Shown here piece after piece: positions 1 to 10,736 of a DNA stretch of 64,000 nucleotides. Location of the stretch: the NCBI GenBank assembly GCA_002269645.1, contig NIVC01001022.1, positions 1-64,000 of the forward strand, written 5' to 3'. The position numbers were made by a program, and so were the translations under genes. The notes under the pieces are model-generated. The model did no database searches. It had not been told where the DNA came from and saw only the letters and a list, made by a program, of their open reading frames with translations. The stretch comes from Macrostomum lignano. Taxonomy: Eukaryota. Each line of letters begins with the position of its first letter. The first letter of the stretch is position 1.

Positions 1-113
1 AGTACCCTAAACAACACTCCGTAAAACCACTGCTAAACAACACCCTGAAACCATGCGAGACCACGCTCACACAGGGTGTACAGTGGCTCTTCAAAAATCG
101 GCAGGCATGTACA

Positions 114-194
114 CTGATTGATTGATAGATTGATTGATTGACTGATTGATTGATTGATTGACTGATTGATTGATTGATTGACTGATTGATTGAC

Positions 195-233
<39 letters not shown>

Positions 234-256
234 CTGATTGATTGATTGATTAATTA

Positions 257-325
<69 letters not shown>

Positions 326-350
326 CTGATTGATTGATTGATTGACTGAC

Positions 351-401
<51 letters not shown>

Positions 402-448
402 CTGATTGATTGATTGATTGACTGACTGATTGATTGATTGATTGATTA

Positions 449-527
<79 letters not shown>

Positions 528-536
528 CGTTGGTTG

Positions 537-570
<34 letters not shown>

Positions 571-576
571 CGTTGG

Positions 577-610
<34 letters not shown>

Positions 611-623
611 CGTTGGTTGATTG

Positions 624-689
<66 letters not shown>

Positions 690-690
690 A
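114..690. repeat. (GATT)n microsatellite in TRPA copy 1 intron; homologous (TCAA)n at 13455-13940 in copy 2
   Basis: Direct reading; same intron position in both paralogs. Confidence 0.98.
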
Positions 691-739
691 GTTTGTTTTT
701 TCATTAATCGACAGCCACCTCGTCCCCAAACGTCTCCAG

Positions 740-3700
740 ACGCCCTTCAGCACGGTGCCCTACGCCATACTGAAGACATTCGACATGACAGTCGGCGAGC
801 TGGAGTTCGTCACGTACTTTGTTACGGCTGATTACGGCAGCTTTCAGACTGCCGTACAATGCGTCTTCACTGCCTTTGTAGTCATCATGCCGATTGCGCT
901 GATGAACTTGTTGGTGAGATTTTTCCCACTAATTTTAACATACTAAATAGAAAAAGTAGTGTGTTTATGTATTCAAGATGGAAAAAACGTTACTCCCTCA
1001 TCACACTGCAGATCGGCATTGCAGTCGGCGACATTGAAGGCATCACTCGCGATGCAGAGCTGCAACTGTTGGCTATAAAAGTACTGCACTGATTTTTATT
1101 TGGGAGGCTTTTTTACTTTTATTTCTACTGTTAGTAGACAGTGGCAGAGCTTTGTGCGATAAATGCATGTGCTAGTTGAATGCTTCGTCTAACAAGGTGT
1201 TATGGGATTGCTTAAGGAGTTTATAGAGAGCGAGATGTCAAGCTGATAGGGGCGCCATGAGTAGCTTGTAGATGCGACATGAGTAGCTTGTAGATGCGCC
1301 ATGAGTAGCTTGTAGATGCGCCATGAGTAGCTTATAGATGCGCCATGAGTAGCTTGTAGATGCGCCATGAGTAGCTAATAGATGCGCCATGAGTAGCTTA
1401 TAGATGCGCCATGAGTAGCTTATAGATGCGCCATGAGTAGCTGATAGGCGCCATGAGCAGCTTATAGAGCGCCATGAGTAGCTTATAGAAGCCCCATGAG
1501 TAGCTTATAGAGGCGCCATGAGAAGCTTATAGGGGCACTAAAATGATTGTGAAGGGGCTACAAGCAGAGCAAAGCCAATTACCAAACTCATCAATCAACC
1601 CGCGCACACCTGTCGCTCAGATCAATCTAATCTACGAGGTGGAGACCAACTGTCCCAGGTATTTCCAGCGCCGGTTCCACCGCTCCCACATGGAGGTCTA
1701 TCCCAACCGCACCTACACCGGACTCAAAGCCGTGTTCAGGGGCAGCTTTGAGAAAGATTATCGAGCTTACAAAACTGCTCAGAGAGCCGAGGGGAGCGGA
1801 GAGAAATCTGAGACTGGAGATGAAGGCCTGAGGGAGGCTGTGCAGCAACAGAGCCGCAGGTGAGGAATTGAAAACTTTTTCAGCTGGTTGGATTGCAGCA
1901 TGCTGGTTTATCAGTTTAGCTCAGTTCTTCATTCTTGAGGGATGCCTTCAGGTCTGGTCAGACTCATTCAGGTCTGCTTTCCCTTCCCCTCAGACTCATT
2001 CAGGTCTGCTTTCCCTTCCCCTCAGACTCATTCAGGTCTGCTTTCCCTTCCCTCAGACTCATTCAGGTCTGCTTTCCTTCACCTCAGACCCATTCAGGTC
2101 TGGTTTCCCTTCCCCTCAGATTCCTTCAGGTCTGGTTTCCCTTCCCCTCAGACTCATTCAGGTCTGCTTTCCCTTCCCCTCAGACCCATTCAGGTCTGGT
2201 TTCCCTTCCCCTCAGATTCCTTCAGGTCTGGTTTCCCTTCCCCTCAGACCCATTCAGGTCTGGTTTCCCTTCCCCTCAGATTCCTTCAGGTCTGGTTTCC
2301 CTTCCCCTCAGACCCATTCAGGTCTGGTTTCCCTTCCCCTCAGATTCCTTCAGGTCTGGTTTCCCTTCCCCTCAGACCCATTCAGGTCTGGTTTCCCTTC
2401 CCCTCAGATTCCTTCAGGTCTGCTTTCCCTTCCCCTCAGACCCATTCAGGTCTGCTTTCCCTTCCCCTCAGACCCATTCAGGTCTGGTTTCCCTTCCCAT
2501 CAGATCCGTTCAGGCCTGGTCTCCCTTCCCCTCAGATTCCTTCAGGTCTGGTTTCCCTTCCCCTCAGACCCATTCAGGTCTGGTTTCCCTTCCCATCAGA
2601 TCCGTTCAGGCCTGGTCTCCCTTCCCCTCAGATTCCTTCAGGTCTGGTTTCCCTTCCCTCAGACCCATTCAGGTCTGGTTTCCCTTCCCATCAGATCCGT
2701 TCAGGTCTGCTTTCCTTTCCTCTCAGATCCATTCAGGTCTGGTTTCCCTTCCTCTCAGATTCCTTCAGGTCTGGTTTCCCTTCCCTCAGATTCCTTCAGG
2801 TCTGGTTTCCCTTCCCCTCAGACCCATTCAGGTCTGGTTTCCCTTCCCCTCAGATTCCTTCAGGTCTGGTTTCCCTTCCCCTCAGACCCATTCAGGTCTG
2901 GTTTCCCTTCCCCTCAGATTCCTTCAGGTCTGGTTTCCCTTCCCCTCAGACCCATTCAGGTCTGGTTTCCCTTCCCCTCAGATTCCTTCAGGTCTGGTTT
3001 CCCTTCCCCTCAGACCCATTCAGGTCTGGTTTCCCTTCCCATCAGATCCGTTCAGGTCTGCTTTCCTTTCCCCTCAGATTCCTTCAGGTCTGGTTTCCCT
3101 TCCCCTCAGACCCATTCAGGTCTGGTTTCCCTTCCCCTCAGATTCCTTCAGGTCTGGTTTCCCTTCCCCTCAGACCCATTCAGGTCTGCTTTCCCTTCCC
3201 CTCAGATTCCTTCATGTCTGGTTTCCCTTCCCCTCAGACCCATTCAGGTCTGGTTTCCCTTCCCCTCAGACTCATTCAGGTCTGGTTTCCCTTCCCATCA
3301 GATCCGTTCAGGCCTGGTCTCCCTTCCCCTCAGATTCCTTCAGGTCTGGTTTCCCTTCCCCTCAGACCCATTCAGGTCTGGTTTCCCTTCCCATCAGATC
3401 CGTTCAGGTCTGCTTTCCTTTCCTCTCAGATCCATTCAGGTCTGGTTTCCCTTCCTCTCAGATTCCTTCAGGTCTGGTTTCCCTTCCCCTCAGATTCCTT
3501 CAGGTCTGGTTTCCCTTCCCTCAGATCCATTCAGGTCTGGTTTCCTTTCCTTTCAGATCCATTCAGGTCTGGTTTCCCTTCCTCTCAGATTCCTTCAGGT
3601 CTGGTTTCCCTTCCTCTCAGATTCCTTCAGATCTGGTTTCCATTAAACTCTTTTAACAAGCCATTCTTGGAGGTGCCTGAGGCAAACAGGCTTACCACAT

Positions 3701-3793
3701 TCCACTTCTAATTGCAATTTCAGAGTCGCTGAGCTGGAAACAAGTGTCAAAGATCTCACAGCAAAGCTGGACGCCTTTATGCGCAATGCCTGA
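740..3793 (+). CDS. TRPA1: TRPA-family ankyrin cation channel, copy 1, last four exons only (pore/S6, TRP-like helix, C-terminal coiled coil); 5' part lies upstream of the window
   Basis: Exons 740-913, 1012-1080, 1621-1859, 3724-3793, all AG/GT flanked and phase-consistent. Joined translation TPFSTVPYAILKTFDMTVGELEF...IMPIALMNLL|IGIAVGDIEGITRDAELQLLAIK|INLIYEVE...QQQSR|RVAELETSVKDLTAKLDAFMRNA*. IALMNLLIGIAVGDI matches the TRPA1 S6 motif (human IVLMNLLIGLAVGDI). Symbol denotes family, not proven orthology. Confidence 0.9.
1250..1535. repeat. 22-bp minisatellite (atgagtagcttgtagatgcgcc)
   Basis: About 13 tandem units within intron 1081-1620. Confidence 0.95.
1957..3640. repeat. 32-bp minisatellite (ctcagactcattcaggtctgctttcccttccc), about 52 units
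   Basis: Period 32; the same family occurs in reverse complement at 10893-11870. Confidence 0.97.
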
Positions 3794-4287
3794 CAAACGA
3801 TTTTAGTTCGCGTCTAATCCGCGTCTTTTGTGGTTGATGAACTTATTAAACCTTCATACTGGCCTCATATTCTAATATTTTCTTTGACTAAGATCTGAAA
3901 CCATGTGAACTCATGCATCACTCTTGCATCAGCCACTTATTTGTTATTCTATCTGATTAGCGTTAGACAGAAACATATTTATTTTTGCCTACAAATATTT
4001 TGCTTGACTAAAAATACTCTCTGCATGTGGAGTCAAAACGACTGTGTGTGTTTTGTGACAGCGGGCCCTTAAAAGGCCGTTTTTTATTAATTGACAAGTT
4101 TCAAGTAATCGCGCAATTTTCTGACTACTCTACTATAAGTAAACGTCTACAAAAATGCTATGCAAATAAATGTTATTCTTTATGTCGCAGAAATTATCGA
4201 TCCTAAGGTAATTTATGATTTGGATCAAATAAAAGTCTTACTTACTAAATAAAACAGCGATTGTCCGGTCCTATGTAAACAAATCCA

Positions 4288-5460
4288 TTGGAGGAGCAAA
4301 GTACTTTGGTGACAGTCATTGATTTATTGAAAAACCAGTCGGAAGTTTTGGACAGCTTCAAAAATTTTCAAGTACTAGCTGTCACAAATCAAATAGGTAA
4401 ATCCATTTGGGTTATTAATGGTGGAGAGTATGCATCAGGCAAATTCAAAGTCTTCTGTGGCCAAAGCAGAATCATTCACCAAACTATGAATACTGTGCCG
4501 TATATGGAGTAGCGGAAAGGGTGAACAGACCCTCAACATCTGCGAGCATTCGAATGCACAGCCAGAGCACGTGTGTTGACAGAAAAGCGTCACAAAATTG
4601 ACTCAAAAGTCCAAGTAATATGATTTCAAGAGTCCTGTTTCAATGAGCAGGAATCGGATCACCGCGGACACACTTCAACTACATACAAATACAGAACAAT
4701 GGTGACTGAATCGCCTAAGTCTAAGTCAAGAATCGCCTAGTGGTTAGAGCGTCAAACTCACGACTGAAAGGTCGAGGGTTCGATTCTCGATCCACTCGGA
4801 ACAATTTATGTTTTTGAGCAAGATACTCAACTCTGCATTGCTTCAGTTCACCCAGCTGAAAAATGGGTGCCAGCGTTAGCTGGTGTAATTGAGGGTGTGT
4901 GGCGATGGCGACCCCCAGTCCTTGGACTGAACTGCCGTATGCAGTCTTCAGACGCGCCGCGCAATAGCTGCGGCTGAGCTGTCGGTTGCACATCTGCTCA
5001 TTGGGGCAGGTGTAATTAATTATTTTTATTTTTATGTTACATGCATCTGTGCCAACTCTCAAGAGGCAATTGGCGTATATGTGGATGATATGTTGCTAAC
5101 AGTATCAGACAGTAACTGCAACGCAAATTTAAAATTAAAGACATGGTGTGAGTTTCAGTACTTCCTTGAAGTACACGCTACCTGGATGGATGGCTTATTC
5201 CTTCTATGCCAAGAGAGATAATTGAACTGCAATGGACTTCAATGGTCCTAGCAGCTACGGAAGTCGAGTACATGGTCCTTTTTGCCGTACTCAAAAAGCT
5301 ATTTAGGTAAGACAACTACTACTGGAACTTCATCTAGAGCATATGGATTGCATCACCATCACGGCATACAATCAAGGTTGCATTGCCTTAGCTAAAAACC
5401 CATCTTAGTACAGTCGTTCGAAGCACATTTCGCGTCATCATTTCCTACGAGAGAAATTAG
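4288..5460 (+). pseudogene. Degraded Ty1/copia relic (integrase, RT and RNase H remnants), interrupted by a SINE
   Basis: LLKNQSEVLDSFKNF...NGGEYASGKFKVFC...IIHQT (copia rve); EKRHKIDSK near 4582; GVYVDDML near 5071 (RT YVDD); ATEVEYM near 5253; NQGCIALAKNP and RSKHISRHHFLRE at 5370-5455 (RNase H). Many stops and deletions. Confidence 0.75.
4730..5035 (+). mobile_element. tRNA-derived CORE-type SINE (family B)
   Basis: A box gcctagtggttag and B box gggttcgattc, then tgagcaagatactcaactctgcattgcttcagttcacccagctgaaaaatggg, which aligns by eye to the MIR/CORE domain; AT-rich tail. A second copy is split at 47170-48315. Confidence 0.7.
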
Positions 5461-5970
5461 AAATCCTAATGACAGCACTGTCACATTACTGTTTCGTAAT
5501 TTAAAAAATTGCAATTCAATACTCAGAGACAATAGCACTTGTAGACTACCACTGCCAATTATACACGACTGTAGTATTCCTTCAATAAATGTGTCTGTTT
5601 GCAATTCAGACCATTTGATACCCTAGACTATTCTAGAATACTTCACCATTTCGTGCAGTACTTGTCCATTTCTGTATCTCTGATTCTCTGTACCTGTCTG
5701 TATCTTAAAAAGTCAAGCTCTGAGCCTCCCTTTAACTCAAATCTGCGTATTTTTACCTGACCCTGACTCTCCCTTCCTGTCGCACTTTGTCCTTTCTCTC
5801 TGTCTCTGGATCTTTCATCGCCTTCTTATCTCTCGTCTCCATCTCTCTGCCTCCCGATATTCGCATCGATCCCGCATCCCATCTCTTCCTTTCATTTCAT
5901 TTGCTTTTCCTCTTCAGTATCCCTCTGCTGCCAACTGCCATCTCATTCAGCTTTACCCATTCAGTCTGTA

Positions 5971-6267
<297 letters not shown>

Positions 6268-6474
6268 ACTGCAATAACAAGAAGCAATAATTGAATAATG
6301 ATTGCAACTGCCTCCACCATTTATTCATTGAGGTCAAAATGCCTCAGCTCAGCTCCAGCTCAGCACATCCCCATCTCAGTGCATTTCAGTTAGAAGAGCC
6401 GATCAGCTGAAGGTCGGGTATCGGCGAAGTTCGCAGCGTCCAACGAAAGCCAACGCGGCAGTGGGCGATTCGCG

Positions 6475-7788
6475 TCAGGTGCAGCTGAAGGACAGCTGCG
6501 TTCTCTTCAGGCAGACAAAGTTCGCAGAAGTACCAGCTTTAGCTGCTGAGCAGAACTTCCAGCACTCGACCCCGTCATTGTCAGCAATCAAACTGTTTGG
6601 ATTTAGGTAATGCAGGATCTGAACCACCAACCGGCATTTTGTCCTTGAGATTTTGAGCATGAGCTACCGGAATTCTTGTCATTGTCATTATTGTAGGTGC
6701 TGAACTTTGACCCGTTGTGATACCCTGCTACATTACTATAGAGGTCGCCACCCGGTTCCTGATCACCGAGCATCAGCCTGTAACTCTCGTTTGCTCCGCG
6801 CACCTGAAAGCCCTTGAAAGTCGCCCGCATCAGTGAGCCCTGAACTTTAATACCTTCGAATGTCAAACTGCAGCTCCGGTCCTTCGTCATGGCTGACAGC
6901 TGCTCCAGACCTGCGGGATCGGTGAGTTCAGACTGACTCTGCAATTACTGGATAATCTGACATGAAACAGCACTTCTCCCGATGCAATTCGAGTCTCAGG
7001 ATTAAACTCGCATTCTCCTACTTGTCAAGCAGAGCTTTAAAACCGATTTCGGCGAATTTGGCAGCTTTATGGTCTTCTTGAAATCTTCAAAATTCCCTCT
7101 TCCCCTCCCTTGTTGACTCCTATCTTGAGCCAACTGACAGTCTGACTCCCTAAATGTTGTCTCTGCCTCTTGTCCTCACCAGTTCCTGCTCACTGCTTCT
7201 CACAAGACTCTTGAATTGCAAAGGGTCATCACTCAATTGGGCTGAGTCACCCAGGCCACTCACCCATCCAGTAGTTGCCACTGAGATCTCCGAATCCCGT
7301 AACGTAGGTGTCCCAGTTCTGTGCGAACGAGAGGCTGTTGTCCAGGTGTTGCTGGAAGACCACCTTAGGGCCGGCCTTAGGGCTGGGCACAGGGCTGGTT
7401 TTGGATCGGACAGTGTAGAACTGAGAGCCGCCGGGCGCGAATCGCACAGCCTTCTGGAGATAGGAAGGGTCCGCAGAGATTCTTCTCCTTATATTCAAAC
7501 AGCTTTTGAAGCTGTTGCACAGAAATACCAGCTGACCGGCTGTTCCATCGCTGGACACTCTACACATCATGATAGCACCGAAGTCTTTGCTCAGCATTCA
7601 GCATTCAGAAGCTGTTGGAATGAGTCAGTGATATTGAGGTCTAGTGAGAGCTCGAACTTATCATAGAATGAGTTGTACTTCAGGCTCGCAGGCTGCTTCA
7701 AGAAGTCCACCGAGAACTCAGAGGCGGAGGTCCTCTGTGCGACGGACAGCCAGAGAACAAGGAGAAGCAGCGCAGAGCGGAGTTTCAT
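6475..7788 (-). CDS. Secreted fibrinogen-related (FReD) protein with a Cys-containing N-terminal domain; two apparent 1-nt frameshifts (sequencing error or young pseudogene)
   Basis: Signal-peptide-like start MKLRSALLLLVLWLSVAQ. FReD motifs VVFQQHLDNSLSFAQNWDTYVTGFGDLSGNYWMG|GLEQLSAMT, HNGSKFSTYNNDND, GWWFRSC, LKRTQL. One GT-AG intron 7263-6911 (phase 1). Frame switches at about 7594 and about 6612, each repaired by adding one base. Confidence 0.8.
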
Positions 7789-8444
7789 GGCTGGCTACTG
7801 AAGATTTTCTGATTGGAATCGCTTTGGTCCTTAGAGATTGGATCATTTGAAGTGGCGAAAAGCGCTGCTGCTAATAAAGACTCGCCAGCTGTGTGCTTCT
7901 GGTCGATTGAATTCCAATAGTGTCTCTGCCACGTCATTGTACACGTTCGTAGGTCTAAATAACTAGAATATCTTCTTTTCGGCGGAATGAATTAAATTAA
8001 AAATTTCATTTTTTCTGAATTTATTTTTTCACGTAGACTCTGAAAATATGGTAGATTGTTTTTTTCTTTTATTTTCAGGAATTCGGTTATTAGCTCAGCA
8101 TTCTTGTCCAGTGCATTCCTGCGCAGCTGAAGTAGTTTTTTTGCATTTTAAGCATTGAAATTTCAACAGATAGGTTTAGGTGTGTAAACAGACCCAGAAA
8201 CTTTTGCATTTCTCTTCCTGTGAAACTGTTGCCGAGTCCAGCGGGACTTGTGTTCCGCATGTACATGTAACCCTCGCTGCTTTCACCCAAGCAAAGCGTA
8301 CGACACGGAATCAGCTGGAGTTGGGCTGCTGGATGAGTTCTGCACAAGATTGTGGGGGTTCGACAGAGCGTGCCGAGCTGCAGTTTCCATTTTTATCTAT
8401 CTAGATGGCTGAGCTGCCTCTCGCTAAGCCTCTAGGTAAGTTTC

Positions 8445-8605
8445 CAGCTAAACTTCCAGCTGAACCTCCAGCTGAACCTCCAGCTGAACCTCTAGCTGAA
8501 CCTCCGGCTGAACCTCCAGCTGAACCTCCAGCTGAACCTCCGGCTGAACCTCCAGCTGAACCTCCAGCTGAACCTCCAGCTCAACCTCCGGCTCGACCTC
8601 CAGCT
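8445..8605. repeat. 12-bp tandem repeat (gctgaacctcca)
   Basis: About 12 units; explains the PAEP ORF. Confidence 0.9.
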
Positions 8606-9177
8606 AAGCCTAAGGGCTGATGCACACCATAAAGGATCATTCACATCGACTGCAGTCAGAAGTTTAGAAGGCTCTGACAACACAAATATATTTATCTGAA
8701 TAGAGCTCTCTATACACCATATAAAGACTCTAAATACGAATGGTGGCATTAAATTGTAAAGCACTAATTTTCCTGGTGCTTAATCTGGTGGAAAATGTTG
8801 CTGCTAGTGACGTTGTTGGCGGGAGAGACCCCCCCAAAAAATTTTTTTGAGGATGTTTCAAGTGTCCAAGTTCAGTGTCCAATCAAAAAGCTCCGGAGGA
8901 CAACCGCGTGGAGCCGGGTACCAAGCTAACTGGAGCGAATGTTAGCCAGGATCCCAAATATTTATTTTTTTGTTAATGCAGGACATGAGGCACGAAAAGA
9001 GAAGAGATGCAAGAGCTCTGTCACAAACACAAGCTCCCGCGGGGAGAGCTGAGAGGAGAGAGAGGGGAGTTGAGAGAGAAGAGACGAGAGGAGGGGAGAG
9101 AGGGAGATGAAAGAGGAGAGGCGAGAGAAGAGGAGAGAGGAGGGGAGAGAAGGGAGATGAGAGAAGTGAGGCGAGAG

Positions 9178-9711
9178 GGGTACCTCTCATTTCGCAGAAT
9201 CTCATTCTGCCGATTCTCGTTTCGCCTAAATTAATTTCATAACCATCTGGATATTAGACCATAGACAACTACACTAATGAAAATGTGATTTAGATGTCTA
9301 TGGCTTGAAAAATAAAGTATTGTATTAGTAATATTGCGCGAGTATTTACCTACCAAAGCCTTTTTGCAGCTTAATTTCGTTAGCTTGCCAGCATTACGAG
9401 CGTAGTTTTAACTCATTCAGTTCAGAAGTCAATGCAATAAAACCACTTATTTATTTAACCAGAAAAGCCGCCAGAAACGATTTCAATCCGCATTTTTGTA
9501 TTTCACAACCTCCTAACATACATACATACCACTGGCTATAGACTTTTTACCATAGACTATGCAGAAGGAAGAATTCTTAATTTTAACTTTATTTTTCAAG
9601 CCATAGACATCTAAATCACATTTGCATTACTGTAGTTGTCTATGGTCTAATGTCCAGATGGTTATGAAATTAATTTCGGCGAAACCAGAATCGGCGAAAT
9701 GAGAGGTGCCC
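9178..9711. mobile_element. Foldback/MITE-like element with about 135-bp imperfect TIRs
   Basis: 9178-9316 pairs with 9587-9711 (gggtacctctcatttcg vs gggcacctctcatttcg in reverse complement; a shared 64-bp block taaccatctgg...gtctatgg has few mismatches). TSD not resolved. Confidence 0.75.
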
Positions 9712-10736
9712 AAGGTGAGAGCTGAGAGAAGAGAGGGGAGCTGATCGGAGAGAAGAGGCGAGAGCTGAGGGGAGAGTGGGGAGATATAGGAGAAAAGACG
9801 AGAGGCGGGGAGAGAGGGGATATGAGAGAGGAGAAAGTCTTTCAAATATTAAGTGACCCAATTTATAAAATCTGCTTTTAATATAATTCATATATTTTAG
9901 TAAATTACTTCATAAATATATATCGGTTCTAATCACGTGTTGCTGTTTGTTTCTGTCTAATGTTGACAAGACAATGAAGCTACCAAGGGGCGTATTGCCA
10001 TCGAAAATTTTTGTGCTGCTCCGGAAACTAGCAATGCAGGCACACGAAATTCGGGAACACGATGTTCCTTGTGGCAACTGTGTCGATCGTTCTCTAGATC
10101 GAAAAACTGGCTTACAACATGTACATCTACCTTTAGTGGGTTTGGTTTTCACATACTGTGGTTCCAATATCATTCAAATATAATAGTGACATACAATTAG
10201 AATAGAAGTATTTTCTTCGCTTGGGTCACTGATAATAGAATAACTAGATAGGCTACTAAGCTACTATCAGCTAAGTAGTAAGTTAAACTGAAGCATTTTA
10301 TCTACTTTAAGACAAGGCTAATTTATTGGCTCTAACCCTCTCCTCTAAGCTTAAACCCTCTCTAACTGCGTCTTTTTACACAAAATCTAGCCCCTACCTG
10401 CAATGTACATTTCAGTAGCGTTGGCTAGTGTACATTTTTATGGTTGAACCAATTAGAAAGCTGTTTACGCCTGCAAGCTTGGATTCCAAACTTTACGAGC
10501 TATCAAAGTCATTTCAGTCGCCTTTATTCTTTAAAAAAAGCTTATGTACTCTTTTTTACTACTGAACTGGAAGTGTATAACTGTTTTACTAATCACCAAG
10601 TGCCTAACTATATCTAATCTAAGTATATATCTCTGGCTGGAGCTAACACAATCTAGATTAAGTAGATTTATCTGTGCGTCAGTTGCGCTTTAAGTTTTAA
10701 CAACGGAAACTGAACAATTCAAACAAAAATCTTCTG

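Noticed and set aside
33-704. NQSI-repeat ORF, and the (ER)n/(LS)n ORFs at 5787-6337
   Set aside because: Microsatellite translations.
1868-3711. Three overlapping 570-590 aa ORFs
   Set aside because: Translations of a stop-free 32-bp minisatellite in all frames, inside a TRPA intron.
8405-8620. Pro/Ala/Glu-rich ORF (PAEP repeats)
   Set aside because: Explained by a 12-bp tandem repeat; no supporting splice partners found. Cannot be wholly excluded as an exon.
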